The position numbers and the translations under genes were made by a program. Shown piece by piece: positions 39,314-59,222 of a stretch of DNA of 64,000 nt. Every line of letters starts with the position of its first letter. Within the stretch, counting starts at the first letter, position 1. The DNA comes from the human T2T-CHM13v2.0 reference genome, Homo sapiens, in assembly GCF_009914755.1 (NCBI RefSeq), contig NC_060936.1, one strand, 5' to 3'. Below the pieces are notes generated by a model. It made no database searches, was not told where the DNA came from, and worked only from the letters and a program-made list of their open reading frames with translations.

Positions 39314-39783
39314 TTTTTTTTTTTTTTGAGACAGAGTCTTGCTCTGTTGCCCAGGCTGGAGTGCAGTGGCACGATCTCAGCTAGCTGCAACCTCCGCTTC
39401 CTGGGTTCAAGTGATTCTCATCCCTCGGCCTCCCAAGTAGCTGGGATTACAGGCATGCCCCACCACACCTGGCTAATTTTTGCATTTTTAGTAGAGACAG
39501 GGTTTCACCATGTTGGCCAGGCTTGTCTCGAACTCCTGGCCTCAAGAGATACGCCTGCTTTGGTCTCTCAAACTGCTGAGATTACAGGCATGAGCCACCA
39601 TGCCTGGCCCTAGAACAACCTTAACCTGGCTTCCTCCAGACCTCTGAGTCATGCATTGAAGTCAGCACCACCACGTGGAGAATCACCATTATGTGCCTCT
39701 CCTTGGGCCTGCCTTAGCAGAACTCAGCCCCACCCCTAGAAAAGGGCACTGTCCTCTGCCTAAAGGTAGAATTTCAGAATTCA

Positions 39784-40180
<397 letters not shown>

Positions 40181-40200
40181 CTACCATCACACCCGACTAA

Positions 40201-40350
<150 letters not shown>

Positions 40351-40353
40351 TAA

Positions 40354-40726
<373 letters not shown>

Positions 40727-40982
40727 TAGTACTGCTCTGCAATTGAGCAGAACTCTCTAATGGGGTAGGGTAAAAGGGCTACCAAAAATTTCTGGCACTT
40801 CGTTGACCATAACTAGGAAGAAAGTGGGATTAGAACTGCTGTGATTCAATTGACAAGCTGAAAATATATTTGCAACTTATATTACAGACAAAAAATTAAT
40901 TTCCCTAGAATATAAATAACTACTAATAAACAGGAAAATGACAACTGAATAAATAAAAAGGCAGATATAAACATACTGTTCA

Positions 40983-41358
<376 letters not shown>

Positions 41359-41380
41359 CTAACAACATTTTACCTATTAA

Positions 41381-41578
<198 letters not shown>

Positions 41579-41729
41579 TAGTAGAGATGAGGTTTCACCA
41601 TGTTGGCCAGACTGGTCTCCAACTCCTGACCTCAGGTGTCCGCCTGCCTCAGCCTCCCAAAGTGCTGGGATTACAGGCGTGAGCCACCGCACCCGGCCGG
41701 AAAAGATTTTCTTAAAAAGCTAATATGCA

Positions 41730-41835
41730 AGGGGGTTCCCTTTCTCGGCTTGGAGTCCTTCTCCCTCTGTCTCTGTATGGGGAAGCTGCTTCTTCCGTCT
41801 TTCTTGCCTATTAAAGACTCTCTGCTCCTTAAAAC

Positions 41836-41866
<31 letters not shown>

Positions 41867-41875
41867 ACAGCTAAT
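41730..41875 (+). mobile_element. Short ERV1-like LTR U3/R fragment ending after ATTAAA, followed by (CA)n, flanked by 13-bp TSD
   Basis: ...CTTTCTTGCCTATTAAAGACTCTCTGCTCCTTAAAACCAC resembles MER4-group LTR R regions; AAGCTAATATGCA at 41717-41729 and 41876-41888. Confidence 0.6.
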
Positions 41876-42424
41876 AAGCTAATATGCAGTTGGGTTGGGT
41901 AGCTCATGCTTGTAATCCCAGTAATCCCAGCGCTTTGGGAAGTGGAGGCGATAGGATTGCTTGAGGTCAGGAGTTCGAGGCTGCCGTGGGCTGTCATTGT
42001 ACCACCGAACTTCTGTTTAAAACAAATAAACAAACAAAAAAGGCTAATATGGGACATTGGTGAGGGTATGGGGAAACAGGTTCTGTCTTACATTGCTGGT
42101 GGGAAGGTAAATTGGTAAAACCTTTATAGAAGGCATTTTGTCTATGCCTTCTTTAATATCTGCCAAAATTATAAAAGCACAAATGTTATAATTTACCAAT
42201 TCTTTCTGCTCCCAGAATTTGTCCTATAGATACACTAAAAAAAGATTTTAATATTGGATTATTTATCATAGCATTAAATATAACAGCAAAAGACTGAGAA
42301 CAACCTGAATGTCCGTTAGCAGAGGAGTGGTAAATTATAATGTATATGTATAATGAAATACTGTGCAGCAACAAAAGGACAAAGGGAAGGTGGTAGTGAT
42401 TGTACAATAATATGAATGTACTTA

Positions 42425-46180
<3,756 letters not shown>

Positions 46181-47037
46181 CTCTCATTATAATTAATTCA
46201 CCCATATTCCTTTAATGGGCATTTGGATTGTTTCCAGTTTTTCACCATTGCAAATAACGCTTTGGGGAATGTCCTTTTACGTATATTTTTCCCACTTGTA
46301 CTAATATATCTGTCTAAGAGATTCCCTAAAAGTGAGAATTCAGGGATACAGTGGATTGTAGCTATTATAAAAAGGAACTTAGAACTGGCCTTGAACTTGC
46401 GTTTCCACACCCCTTGGATAATCATCTACAGTATATTACAGCAATAATACAATATATGAAAACTAGAACCAATTGGCAGACAGGTTTATATTTAGCCAAC
46501 TGTTCTCCAAGGCAAGGTATTTACATTGTGGTTAGTTGAGTAAATAAGCTCAGAGGTTCCCTTCCCTTTAGTGTCTAATAGAAACATAGATTAAAAAAAA
46601 ATCAAAATAGTTCCCATCTTTAGCCTTGTCCTTTTAGCATGGAGGCATCTGTAAGACCAGGTGTATACACCAAAGGCTGTCTTTAATCCTGTTCTCAAAC
46701 CCCTACTCAAATATCTCCACCTTTTATTTGTAATGAAGTTCCTGCTAAATAGTAGATAACAGGGAGAAAGGCTCTACACCACCTCTTTCTTCCAAGTTAG
46801 ATCCCTGGTACTTTTATATTTTGTACTCTTAGATTGCCACAAGACTGAGGCTCAATACTTCTGAATTCCGTGTTCAGGCCTCAGACTTTTCTCAGAGGCC
46901 CTTACAGCAACTAGCATTCTTCTGACACAAAATGTGAAGGACACAAAATGGGGGCACCATTTTGAAGATCCAAATTTGAGAAAATAAAACATTTACAATA
47001 AAATTTCTGTAATTAAAATTTTGTTCCTCTTTCCTTC

Positions 47038-47074
<37 letters not shown>

Positions 47075-47900
47075 GGTCCAGCCTCCTTTTCTTTACATAA
47101 GGAATTTAATCTTGCAACAGCTCACTAATGCTCAGCTGTGGGGCAGGCAGCTGATGGAGGACGCTAAAATTATCTGGGGAGTAATAACAGTGTCTCAAAT
47201 TTTTCTAGGGCCAGAAAACAGAGTTCCTGAGCCATGACTCTTGCTTGTATGCCCTCAAATAGAGCAAAGGGAATGCTGAGCCAAAAAGGGAAAACAGAAA
47301 CTCCCAAGGTTTAAGCAATGTATTTTCTTCTGGAAAAATTTCACCACTAAAATGTTACAGAGAAGCGAAAGAAGAGGAAGTTAACCAGGCTGACTTGAAG
47401 GTCAATTTTTTTCTTATTGAAGGAAGAATAGTCACAGAAAACTAAATATGAACGCTCTTTGTTTTTTTTTTTTAAGATAGGTTCTCACTCTGTCACCCAG
47501 GCTGGAAGGCAGTGGTGCAATCATAGTTCACTGCAGCCTTGAGCTTCTGGACTCAAGTGATCCTCTCTACCCGGCCTCCTCCTGTTTCCTGGAACTAGGA
47601 ATGGGTAAAGTTATAACAAAAACAGGAGAAGCTGTGATAAGGTAGAGGCATGCTGGCAGGGGGTTAGGTTAGGGATCTTCGTGCTGTGATCATCAATTCT
47701 ACCATCTTGGTGTATGACCTTCAGTCATAATTGCTAATCCTCAAGCTCCTAATCTGTCAAAGGAATAGGGCAAATGCTAGCCAGACCAGTGGTTTCAAGC
47801 TCTGCTAGCTGCAGAACCCTCTCTTCAAATGCTGTCTTACGCAGAACCTAACCTTTACAAGGGATCAAAGCAGGATTGCTGGAATGGAAAATCTAAAGAG

Positions 47901-47950
47901 CTGGGCCTGGGATCTGGGACTGGGATCTGGGCCTGGGATCTGGGCTTGGG
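47901..47950 (+). repeat. 13-bp period G-rich tandem repeat (CTGGGCCTGGGAT)~4 with eight GGG tracts
   Basis: Direct reading. Confidence 0.85.
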
Positions 47951-48542
47951 TTTAGCCCTTAGGGTGTTCCAGTTGTTGGAGAACTGGCCCTGAGATTCCT
48001 CTGAAGACTTCAATTAAGATAGTTTAAAAACTACCAGGCTAGATTCTCTTTAATTCCAAAAATGTATGAGTCAAACAAATTCCACCCAAAGAGTCAACTG
48101 TTATCAAATGAAGGATCATATTATGCTGAAGTCAGTGGTGAGTGAAACCAAAGCTAGCTATTCAAATGGATGTATCAATAGGAACTTCTTACCTCAAATT
48201 TAACGACTGTTATAGAGGCTTAGTCAGAGAAATAAGCCTGCAGCTATAAAGGACCACGGGACACAAGCTCTGATGCTAGAAAAAGTACTCTTCTATACAT
48301 ATAAACACAAAATGCACTGTTAACAATTAGAAAGTAAAGCTGACTTATCTACAAACATCAGCTAGATTAAGCTTCCTCCAAACAACAATTTCATATTAAT
48401 CTCTGATCAGAGACCTCCTAAGTTTTCCTACTGTTTTTAGCTAGGCTTGTATAGGACTCACTATTTGCAAACCCCATAAATATAAAGCCACTAGGTGTTG
48501 GAAACAGACATTAGTATATGCTTTGTGGAAAATAGTCCTGTA

Positions 48543-48592
48543 GTCTACAGCCATACCACCCTCAACGCGCCTGATCTCAACTGATCTCGGAA
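48543..48592 (+). pseudogene. Tailless 5S rRNA retropseudogene (5' 50 nt only)
   Basis: GTCTACAGCCATACCACCCTCAACGCGCCTGATCTCAACTGATCTCGGAA vs 5S nt 1-50; 16-bp TSD GGAAAATAGTCCTG(T/C)A at 48527-48542 and 48589-48604. Confidence 0.9.
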
Positions 48593-50216
48593 AATAGTCC
48601 TGCAGTCTTCTCTGGGAAGCTGCAGTGAGTGAACCTTACAAACCTTAAGTAATATTAGCAACGTGTTTCCACTGAGTATAAAACCTAGAACAGAAATCCA
48701 GGCTGATTCCCTGGTTTTCACTCCTTTCAGTATATACCACCACCTGTCCTACTTCTATGCCTTTACCTCCTGTTGCTCCCCTTCCTCTGGAATGTCTTCA
48801 GCATTCTCCAAGCCTACCAAATAACTCTATTCATCTTTCCAAACCAGTTCCATGTGTTAAGCACATCAGAAGAAAAATATGTGACAGGAACAAACTCAAA
48901 TATTAACTTCAGCAGGTTACTTCCTTTACCTCAGTTTTCTCAACTATAAAAGAGGGGTAAAGCCCCTTCCTCATATAGTTTTTGTTAGGATTCAAAATAG
49001 TATATATTTTATATATTTCTTTTTTTTTTTCTGAGACGGAGTCTCACTCTGTTGCCCAGGCTGGAGTGCAGTGGCATGATCTTGGCTCACCACAACCTCC
49101 GCCTCCCAGGCTCCAGTGATTCTTCCACCTCAGCCTCCCAAGTAGCTGGGATTACAGGCACGCACCACCACCGCCCAGCTAAATTTTTGTATTTTTTTGT
49201 ATTATTATTATTTTTTGAGACAGAGTCTCGCTCTGTAGCCCAGGCTGGAGTGCAGTGGCGTGATCTCGGCTCACTGCAACCTCCGCCCCCCAGGTCCCAG
49301 TTAAGCAATTCTCCTGCCTCAGCCTCCCGAGTAGCTGGGATTACAGGCATGGGCCACGATGCCCAGCTAATTTTTGTATTTTTTAGTAGAGATAGGGTTT
49401 CACCACGTTGGCCAGGCTGGTCTTGAACTCCTGACCTCGTGATCTGCCCGCCTCAGCCTCCCAAAGTACTGGGATTACAGGTGTGAGCCATTGCGCCCAG
49501 CCATTTTTTTGTATTTTTAGTAGAGATGGGGTTTCACCATGTTGGGCAGGCTTGTCTTGAACTCCTGACCTCAAATGATCCACCTGCCATGGCCTCCCAA
49601 AGTGCTGAGATTACAGGCATGAGCCAGCGTGCCCAGCCAAAATAGTATGTGTTTCTATCAAGGGTCTAGCATGGTGCCTGGCACACTGATTGTAATTAAT
49701 GGGTTCAGGATTGACAGTTTTGCAATCCTTTCAGCCTTCATGGAGAAAAGACAGTGAACCCAGTATACCATGAGAAGGACCTGTGAGATCCCTCTGCACT
49801 TTCTCTCTGCAAGATTAAGAAGGCCCTAAAGATGAAGCCTTTTCCAACCTCTTAACTCTCCTTAGTGCTACTATAGGACCCAAATCCTAATGAGAACTGG
49901 CTGGGCTGGACAATGACAGAATAGAGTGGTGAGAAAGGCACTGGGGAAGAGGTGAGAGCCTCACTGAAGTGACTGAGCTGGGCAAGGAAGAAAGTGAGGC
50001 CAGGAAGGGGACTGACATCCAGGGCTGGGTGTCCTGGTGAGGTCAAAACACAGGGTCACTGGGAATAAGAGTTAAACAAGTGGAAAAACAGAAGGCTCCA
50101 ATCAAACAGTAGGTTCTCCAAATGCACCATTTCAGAGAAGGATTCTGAGTGATAGGTTGAGACGGGAGGCAGAGGCATGGGAGACAACATGCAGGTTGCA
50201 GAAACAGGGAAGATCA

Positions 50217-50569
<353 letters not shown>

Positions 50570-51114
50570 TCAGACAGGTCACTGATGTGGACCCAGTGAT
50601 CCTTTAATGAGGACACCATTGGTGCCAATGGCCCTGGGGGACATTTAGACACATGTGTTAGAATCTTGTTGGGTTTTCTCCCCTATCACTTTTTTTTTTC
50701 TTTTTTGGTTGTCACAATGTCATGGGTTCATTTAGAGGAGGGCATGATGATGAATACCCTGCATGGGGAAGATCTGCCTTACCCCAAATGCTACAGCACC
50801 CCCAGTGAGAAACACTAAAAAAAAAAAATGATGCTAGAAGCCAGCGTCCCCTGGAGGCTGGCACGCCACTGCAATGAAGGGGAGGATAACAGTGCATTAT
50901 AGTTAGATGTGAGCCTGAAAGCACATGTCTAGAACTTCAGAAGCAGGCATGAGAAACAATGAATGGGAAACATTATTGGAGATATAGAAGAGTAGCAACC
51001 CTGGCCCCCAAAATATTTCAGGGAAGCATGTGCAGAAGGAGCAGGCAGCCAGGCCGGGCGTGGTGGCTCACGCCTGTAATCCCAGCACTTTGGGAGGTCG
51101 AGGTGGGCAGATCA

Positions 51115-51435
<321 letters not shown>

Positions 51436-52269
51436 CTAAGGAGGGTGAAAAGGGTAAGAACGTGGAGAAGTTTCTGTGCAGGACAGGGAGTTTCCAAGTC
51501 CCATAATCACATCTCAACACCGTCTGATATCCTTCCCTTTCTCTCTATTCCTGTTCCCCCTTGACCCCCAACAGCTTTCACTTGGGTTCCCAAGAGAGCC
51601 TCATAAATTGTCTCCATGTTACCAATCTCTCACCTTTCTAATATAGCTTTACACTGTTGCCAGAAGGCTTTTTCTAAAATACCGGTCTGATCATGTCACT
51701 CTCCCCACATGAAAACCAATTGCGTTCCCTGGTTTTCTTACTAAATCCTAACCTTAGCAGAGCATCCGAGGTCTTCCATCTGGCCCTAAATGAATTACAC
51801 CAGTTCCTTCTCCCTTCTGTATTTTTCCATGGCAGACTGCTTGCTTTCCTATTCCCTTTATTCGTGTTCAGCTTCCATAATCCTTTGCTTCAATCTCCTA
51901 TCTTAGACTCGACTCATTCCACTTCAAGCTCACTGCTTTGACTCCACAAGTCCATCCCTTCCACTACCAGTGCTTCTTAAACTTCCCTGAAGGTAAAAAT
52001 TACCTGGGATACTTGTTAAAAACATAATTTCCTGGACTCTATCCACACATACTGAATCAGAATATAGGATGATTTTAAAACATGTCCAGGCCAGGCACAG
52101 TGGTGTGTGCCTATAGTCCCAGCTACTCAGAAGGCTGAGGTGGGAGGATTGCTTGAGCCCAGGAGTTTGAGGCTGCACTGAGCTGTGTGGTCACACCACT
52201 GCACTCCAGCCTGGGTGACAGAGTGAAACCCTGTCTCAACATTTTTTTTTTAATTAAAAAAATTTAAAA

Positions 52270-53080
<811 letters not shown>

Positions 53081-53111
53081 GCAGCCAGTGGGCTGTAGTG
53101 TGCCTGTGTAG

Positions 53112-53322
53112 GTTACACTTTTCAGCAGAACTTCGTGCAATGATGAAATGTTTCTGTGCTGTTCAATACGACAGTCACCAACAAGTAGTTACTGAGCACT
53201 TGAAAAGTGATAAATGCAGCTGGTAAACATTTAAAACTAAATTTTAAATGTTATTTAATTTTAATTAACTTAAACTGAAATAGCCACCTATATAGTGGCT
53301 ACCACATTGGAAAGTGCAGGTA
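53112..53322. mobile_element. MER3-like hAT-Charlie DNA transposon relic
   Basis: AGAACTTCGTGCAATGATGAAATGTT...TACTGAGCACTTGAAA...TAGTGGCTACCACATTGGAAAGTGCAG. Confidence 0.6.
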
Positions 53323-53750
53323 TAGAGAGTGCTTAACGCACCATTCAACCAAATCAAAACTCGCCTCAACACTCATCTCAACCAGAAAGCCTTCCTGATG
53401 AGCTCCTGTCTGTGATGCTCTGTCTCTTATTCTGTACCTAATCCTCACTCCTATTCATTTTAGACTTGCTGATATTTTGCTTTATAATTATTTCATAATT
53501 ATCTTTTTTAAAATAATTTTTGTGTCTATAACTGTTTCTTCCACAAACTAAACAAAAATTCAAAGAATAGAATGTATCTTCTGATTATTACCCTCCTCCT
53601 CCTTCTCCACAGTACCTCATATAGTGTTTAAAATCCACGAGGCGCCCAATAAAATTATTTTACATTATGTACTTCCTTCACCAATTTCCCTGACAGGTGG
53701 CAATGTGTGCTCCAGACAGATGGTCCTTTTGGACCAGGATCAGCACTTAC

Positions 53751-53869
53751 TTGGAGAATATTTCCACAATAGCCGATGACTTGTTCTTGTTGACAAGAGA
53801 AAGTTCTTTGGCTGTTACCCTCAATGATAGTGAGGTCCATTGCCGTCTATTAAATGGAGATGATTCCAT
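53751..53869 (-). CDS. LIMA1: LIMA1/EPLIN-beta exon 2, coding part (MESSPFNRRQWTSLSLRVTAKELSLVNKNKSSAIVEIFSK); full exon 53751-53892 includes 23 nt 5'UTR
   Basis: Minus-strand ATG at 53869 (context AAGATGG); translation matches the EPLIN-beta N-terminus; acceptor tttctttattgcatag before 53892; donor GTAAGT at 53750; 119 coding nt, phase 2. Confidence 0.97.
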
Positions 53870-55680
53870 CTTGTCTACAGACACTGAAATACCTATGCAA
53901 TAAAGAAAGTCAGAACATTAGACACAGAAGAGGATTCTCCAACATCCAAGGATTGGCAGTGGTGTGGTAGAGCCCTAAACTTGCAGACCACACTCCTCCA
54001 CTGTTCTCCCCCAAACTGTGTAACCTTGGTCAAATGATCCAATATCTTTGGGTTGTGGTTTCTTATAAAAGGAGGCTACACCAGATGACCTTTAAGGTCC
54101 CTTCCAGTTCCATTTTATGACTGACCCCACTGTGCAAACATCAATTGGCCTTTCCCTGAACTGAAGTCTGTTCCAAAGTCACATTTGGAGTGAAATGTTT
54201 CCCTCTTCTGAATTACATCCCAGGGGAGGTACAGTCAGCATCTCAGTAGAGCCAGGTCCAAATTAGTTTCTACCTACATTCAAGTTTCTTTTGGCTGCCC
54301 TCTCTCCCCAAGCTCTGCAGCACTGGCCACTCAGTGCCAGGGAGAGAGCTGGGGGCGCAGCGTGGTGTAATAGGAAGAGCAGGGCTTTAAGGTGAGACAG
54401 ACTTCGGGGAAATCCTAACTTTGTTACCTTGAACATATTATGTAATATTTTCCATTTCACTTTCTTCAGCTAAAAAATAAGGATAATATCTATCTTTAGG
54501 AGGTTTTGATATAGATTTAAGGAGATAATATATTTAAAATACTGGGTATATTACAGTAGTATTAAGAGCATTTTAAGTATAATTATTATCATTGACTCTT
54601 GTTATAATTCTCATTTTAAAGCCTTTATCAAGGAGAAGTATAATGTACTTTAAGTTCAGGAGACAAACCCTATTTTCCAACATCCCTTTCAGCCAAAGAA
54701 TACATAAAGCCATACCCTTGATATCACCTAGTCCCTACCCATTAATCTGGATCGTTTGGTTATTTTGCCCCACTAATTACCAAAGGAAAGGAGTTCCAAC
54801 CTTTGTCCAGAAGACGAGAGATTAGAAATGAGTCAACAGTTTCCTTATTTGAAGAGTGAAAAATATAAAGTACCACTTTGTTTCTGATCCAGGAGTCTTG
54901 AAAACTAAAAAAAAATAATAATAAAGTACTGCTAATTCACAGCTTACCAGAAGTAAAAGAAAAATAAAGTACTACTTGCAGCTCTTGGCAACCGAAGAGC
55001 ATAACTGATCTGGTTGAATGTATGGTTCATCAGGTACTGCTTTCAATAACCTTGACAACTGTAGAACACAGAGAGTATTTAAATCCAGCAACTCAAGCTG
55101 CCATTTCACATTAAAAGTCCTGGGTCAGGCTGGGCATGGTGGCTCATGCCTGTAATCTCAACACTTTGGGAGGCCGAGGTGGGTGGATCACTTGAGGTCT
55201 GAGGTCAGGAGTTTAGGACCAGCCTGACCAACATGGTGAAATCCTGTCTCTACTGAAAACACAAAATTAGCCAGGAGTGGTAGCGCATGCCTATAATCCC
55301 AGCGACTTGGGAGGCTGAGGCAGGAAAATTGCTTGAGGCAGAGGTTGCAGGGAACCGAGATCACACCATTGCACTCCAGCCCAGGCAACAAGGACGAAAC
55401 TCCGTTTCAAAAAAAAAAAAAAAAAAAAAAGGTCCTGGGTCAGACATGGTGGTTCATACCTGTAATCCCAGCACTTTGGGAGGATAGCTTGAGGCCAGGA
55501 GTTTGAGACCAGCCTGGGTAACATAGCAAGACCCCCTCTTCTCTACAAAAAATTAAAAATTAGCTGGGCGTGGTGGCACACACCTATAGTCCTAGCTACT
55601 AGGCCCAGGAGTTGGAGGCTACAATGAGCTATGAATTGCGCCACTGGACTCCAGCCTGGGTGACAGACCAAGATGTTCTC

Positions 55681-55711
<31 letters not shown>

Positions 55712-56337
55712 TGATGCAGAATAAGCAATGGACAATTCTAAAAGACCACACTACTACTGTTCTACATGTAATATTTGTTCTTCCAATGAAATCCTTGTCG
55801 GAAAATAATACTAGTTTTGTTAATATGTTTTAATCCTCATGTTGGAAGGCATAGTATGCCCTTTAATGGTAAGGAGCTCTGGGTTAGAGACAGATAAGTC
55901 TAAGTGGGAATGTTGGCCTCATCACTTAATGAAAAGTTTCCCTAAAACTTGGATTTCTCATCCATAATAATAGCATTTACTTCACAGTATTCTTATGAGA
56001 AATAAATAAGATAAAGAAGAAAAGACCCTGATACAGAATAAGTAAGCAATAAATGTTACTGTTTAGTGTTTTTAATGTTTTCTTTTCTTCCTGAACAAAA
56101 TAATCTTAATTCTATACATGTACTTTGCAATAAACTGGAATGTACCAAATAATACATGATACCTATTTGTCTATCTGGTATTAAACTGGCAGACTCACCA
56201 AACAATGCCAGCCCCTTCTCTAAGATGAAAAAGACACAGAAGCAACAAACATTTCAGCTAAACTTAACTATATAAAACTATCATAGTTTTTTTTAAACTC
56301 TGTAAGGCAAGTTAAGGAAATGCTAATGAATGCTTTA

Positions 56338-56739
<402 letters not shown>

Positions 56740-57476
56740 TCAAAAAAAAAAAAAAAAAAGGTATGTTTCTAAAAAAGGAAAAGGATTTATTATTTGAGAT
56801 ACCGAGCACGATAAAGAAAAAAAAGGTTAACTCCCAAGTCTAAGTCCGTGGTTTTGATTACTCCCAGCCAGAAAGTTAAGAAAAGTCAGAACATCTATTT
56901 TGGTATACAGCTAGGAGAGGCACACAGTTCTTAGAGTTCTTACACTCAGGGAATGAGATGACTCTCACCCTGACCACACTTGTCTTCACAGAAGCATAAT
57001 GTTATTTCTTAGCAATGTGATTAGTACCTATGAAACAGATAAACGTGAGAATCAATACATGATTTTTGATAGACTCTGGTACCAGGCTATTGAATAACTA
57101 CTTCTTATGAGATGTAGGGAGATGTCCCTGCCTGAATGGTGTACATAATCTACTGTGCTTGCTGACATACACACAAATATTTATAGTACAAGACAGAATG
57201 TGGTTAGAGGCTATGCGTGGTGTAGGAATACAAGACCTGATTTTCTGGCTTTGTGAGAGGGAAAGGAAAAGATATCAGATGACTTGGGACTTAAAGAACG
57301 GGCAGAATTTCATCAAAGTGAAGGCAGGAGGAGGAAGGAGGAGAATAGCATTAGCACCTTTGGGGAGTGAGTTAAACTCTAGGTGCAAGAGAAGTTGAAG
57401 ATAGACAAGACTTGGCCAGGTGTGGTGGCTCACGCCTATAATCCCAGCACTTTGGGAGGCTGAGGCAGGCGGATCA

Positions 57477-57812
<336 letters not shown>

Positions 57813-58933
57813 TTAGGTCTAATCTTATGTGCTATTTACTTAGCACATGCATGGTTTTTATAACAAAAAAAGTTTCTGATCCTCAATATCCACACCTGTA
57901 AGATAAGATCTCTGTAGTGGATTAACCACAGTCTCTCTGGTGGAACACAGAAAGTTTCTGAAAAAGCATGTAACATGACTAACATCATATTTTAAAATAT
58001 TATTCAGCAGTAGTGTGCAACTTGCTAAGAGGGAAAAAGACTGGAGTCTAAATTACTAGTCAAGAAGATCCTGAAACTAAGTGAGAGATAATCAAGGTTT
58101 AAATTCGTAAATTAATTAGGGTAGGTGGAAATGGAAAAGTGGGAAGAGAGAAATTGACAGTTCTTAGAATAAAATGAACTTAGGGTAAAAGAGAATCAAA
58201 GCTGGCATCATCAAACCCGAATGATGGAAGGCTGTTGATTCCATTAACAGAGACAGTAAATATAGAAAGAAGAGGGAAAATGATGAGTGTTGATTTACAC
58301 ATGTTGAGACATACATGTCAGCAAGAGAAATCCAAATGATATACAATAGGAAACTACAAATTCAAAGCTAAAGTTAGAAATCCGACTCTTGGAAGATTTT
58401 AAGACACTAACTTTATGCTTTGCATATATCTCAATCCTCACAATCATTCTACAGGATTGGTTTTATTGTCTTATATTTATGGTAACGAAATTGAGATTCA
58501 GACATATTAACTTTACAAAGATCACTTAGCTATAAAGTAGCAGAGCTGGGATTCAAATGCATATTCTGTTTGATTCCAAAGTCCATTTTCTTTCAACTAC
58601 AATTAATGAAGAATGATTAAAACCGCCACTTTTAGCCAATGTAGAAAACCAGCTAGAAAAATCCCTGAACCACCTAGCTGAAAACCCATACAAATTATTT
58701 TTCAGTAAGAGAATAGTGGTGAGTATCTTCCCAGAGTGGTGAATATCAGAGATAATCATTCCTGCTTTCAGGGAAACTTAAAAGTTATCCTGGGCTCACT
58801 TGGAATACCCTCCATTGTAGTAACTGGCTTTCATTGGCCTGCATTAAAGGTGTGGTATTGGGGCCAGCATGGTGGCTCACGCCTGTAATCCCAGCACTTT
58901 GGGAGGCTGAGGCAGGCGGATCACCTGAGGTCA

Positions 58934-59222
<289 letters not shown>

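Noticed and set aside
47659-47674. Telomere-like GGTTAGGTTAGGG
   Set aside because: Too short and imperfect to call an interstitial telomeric repeat
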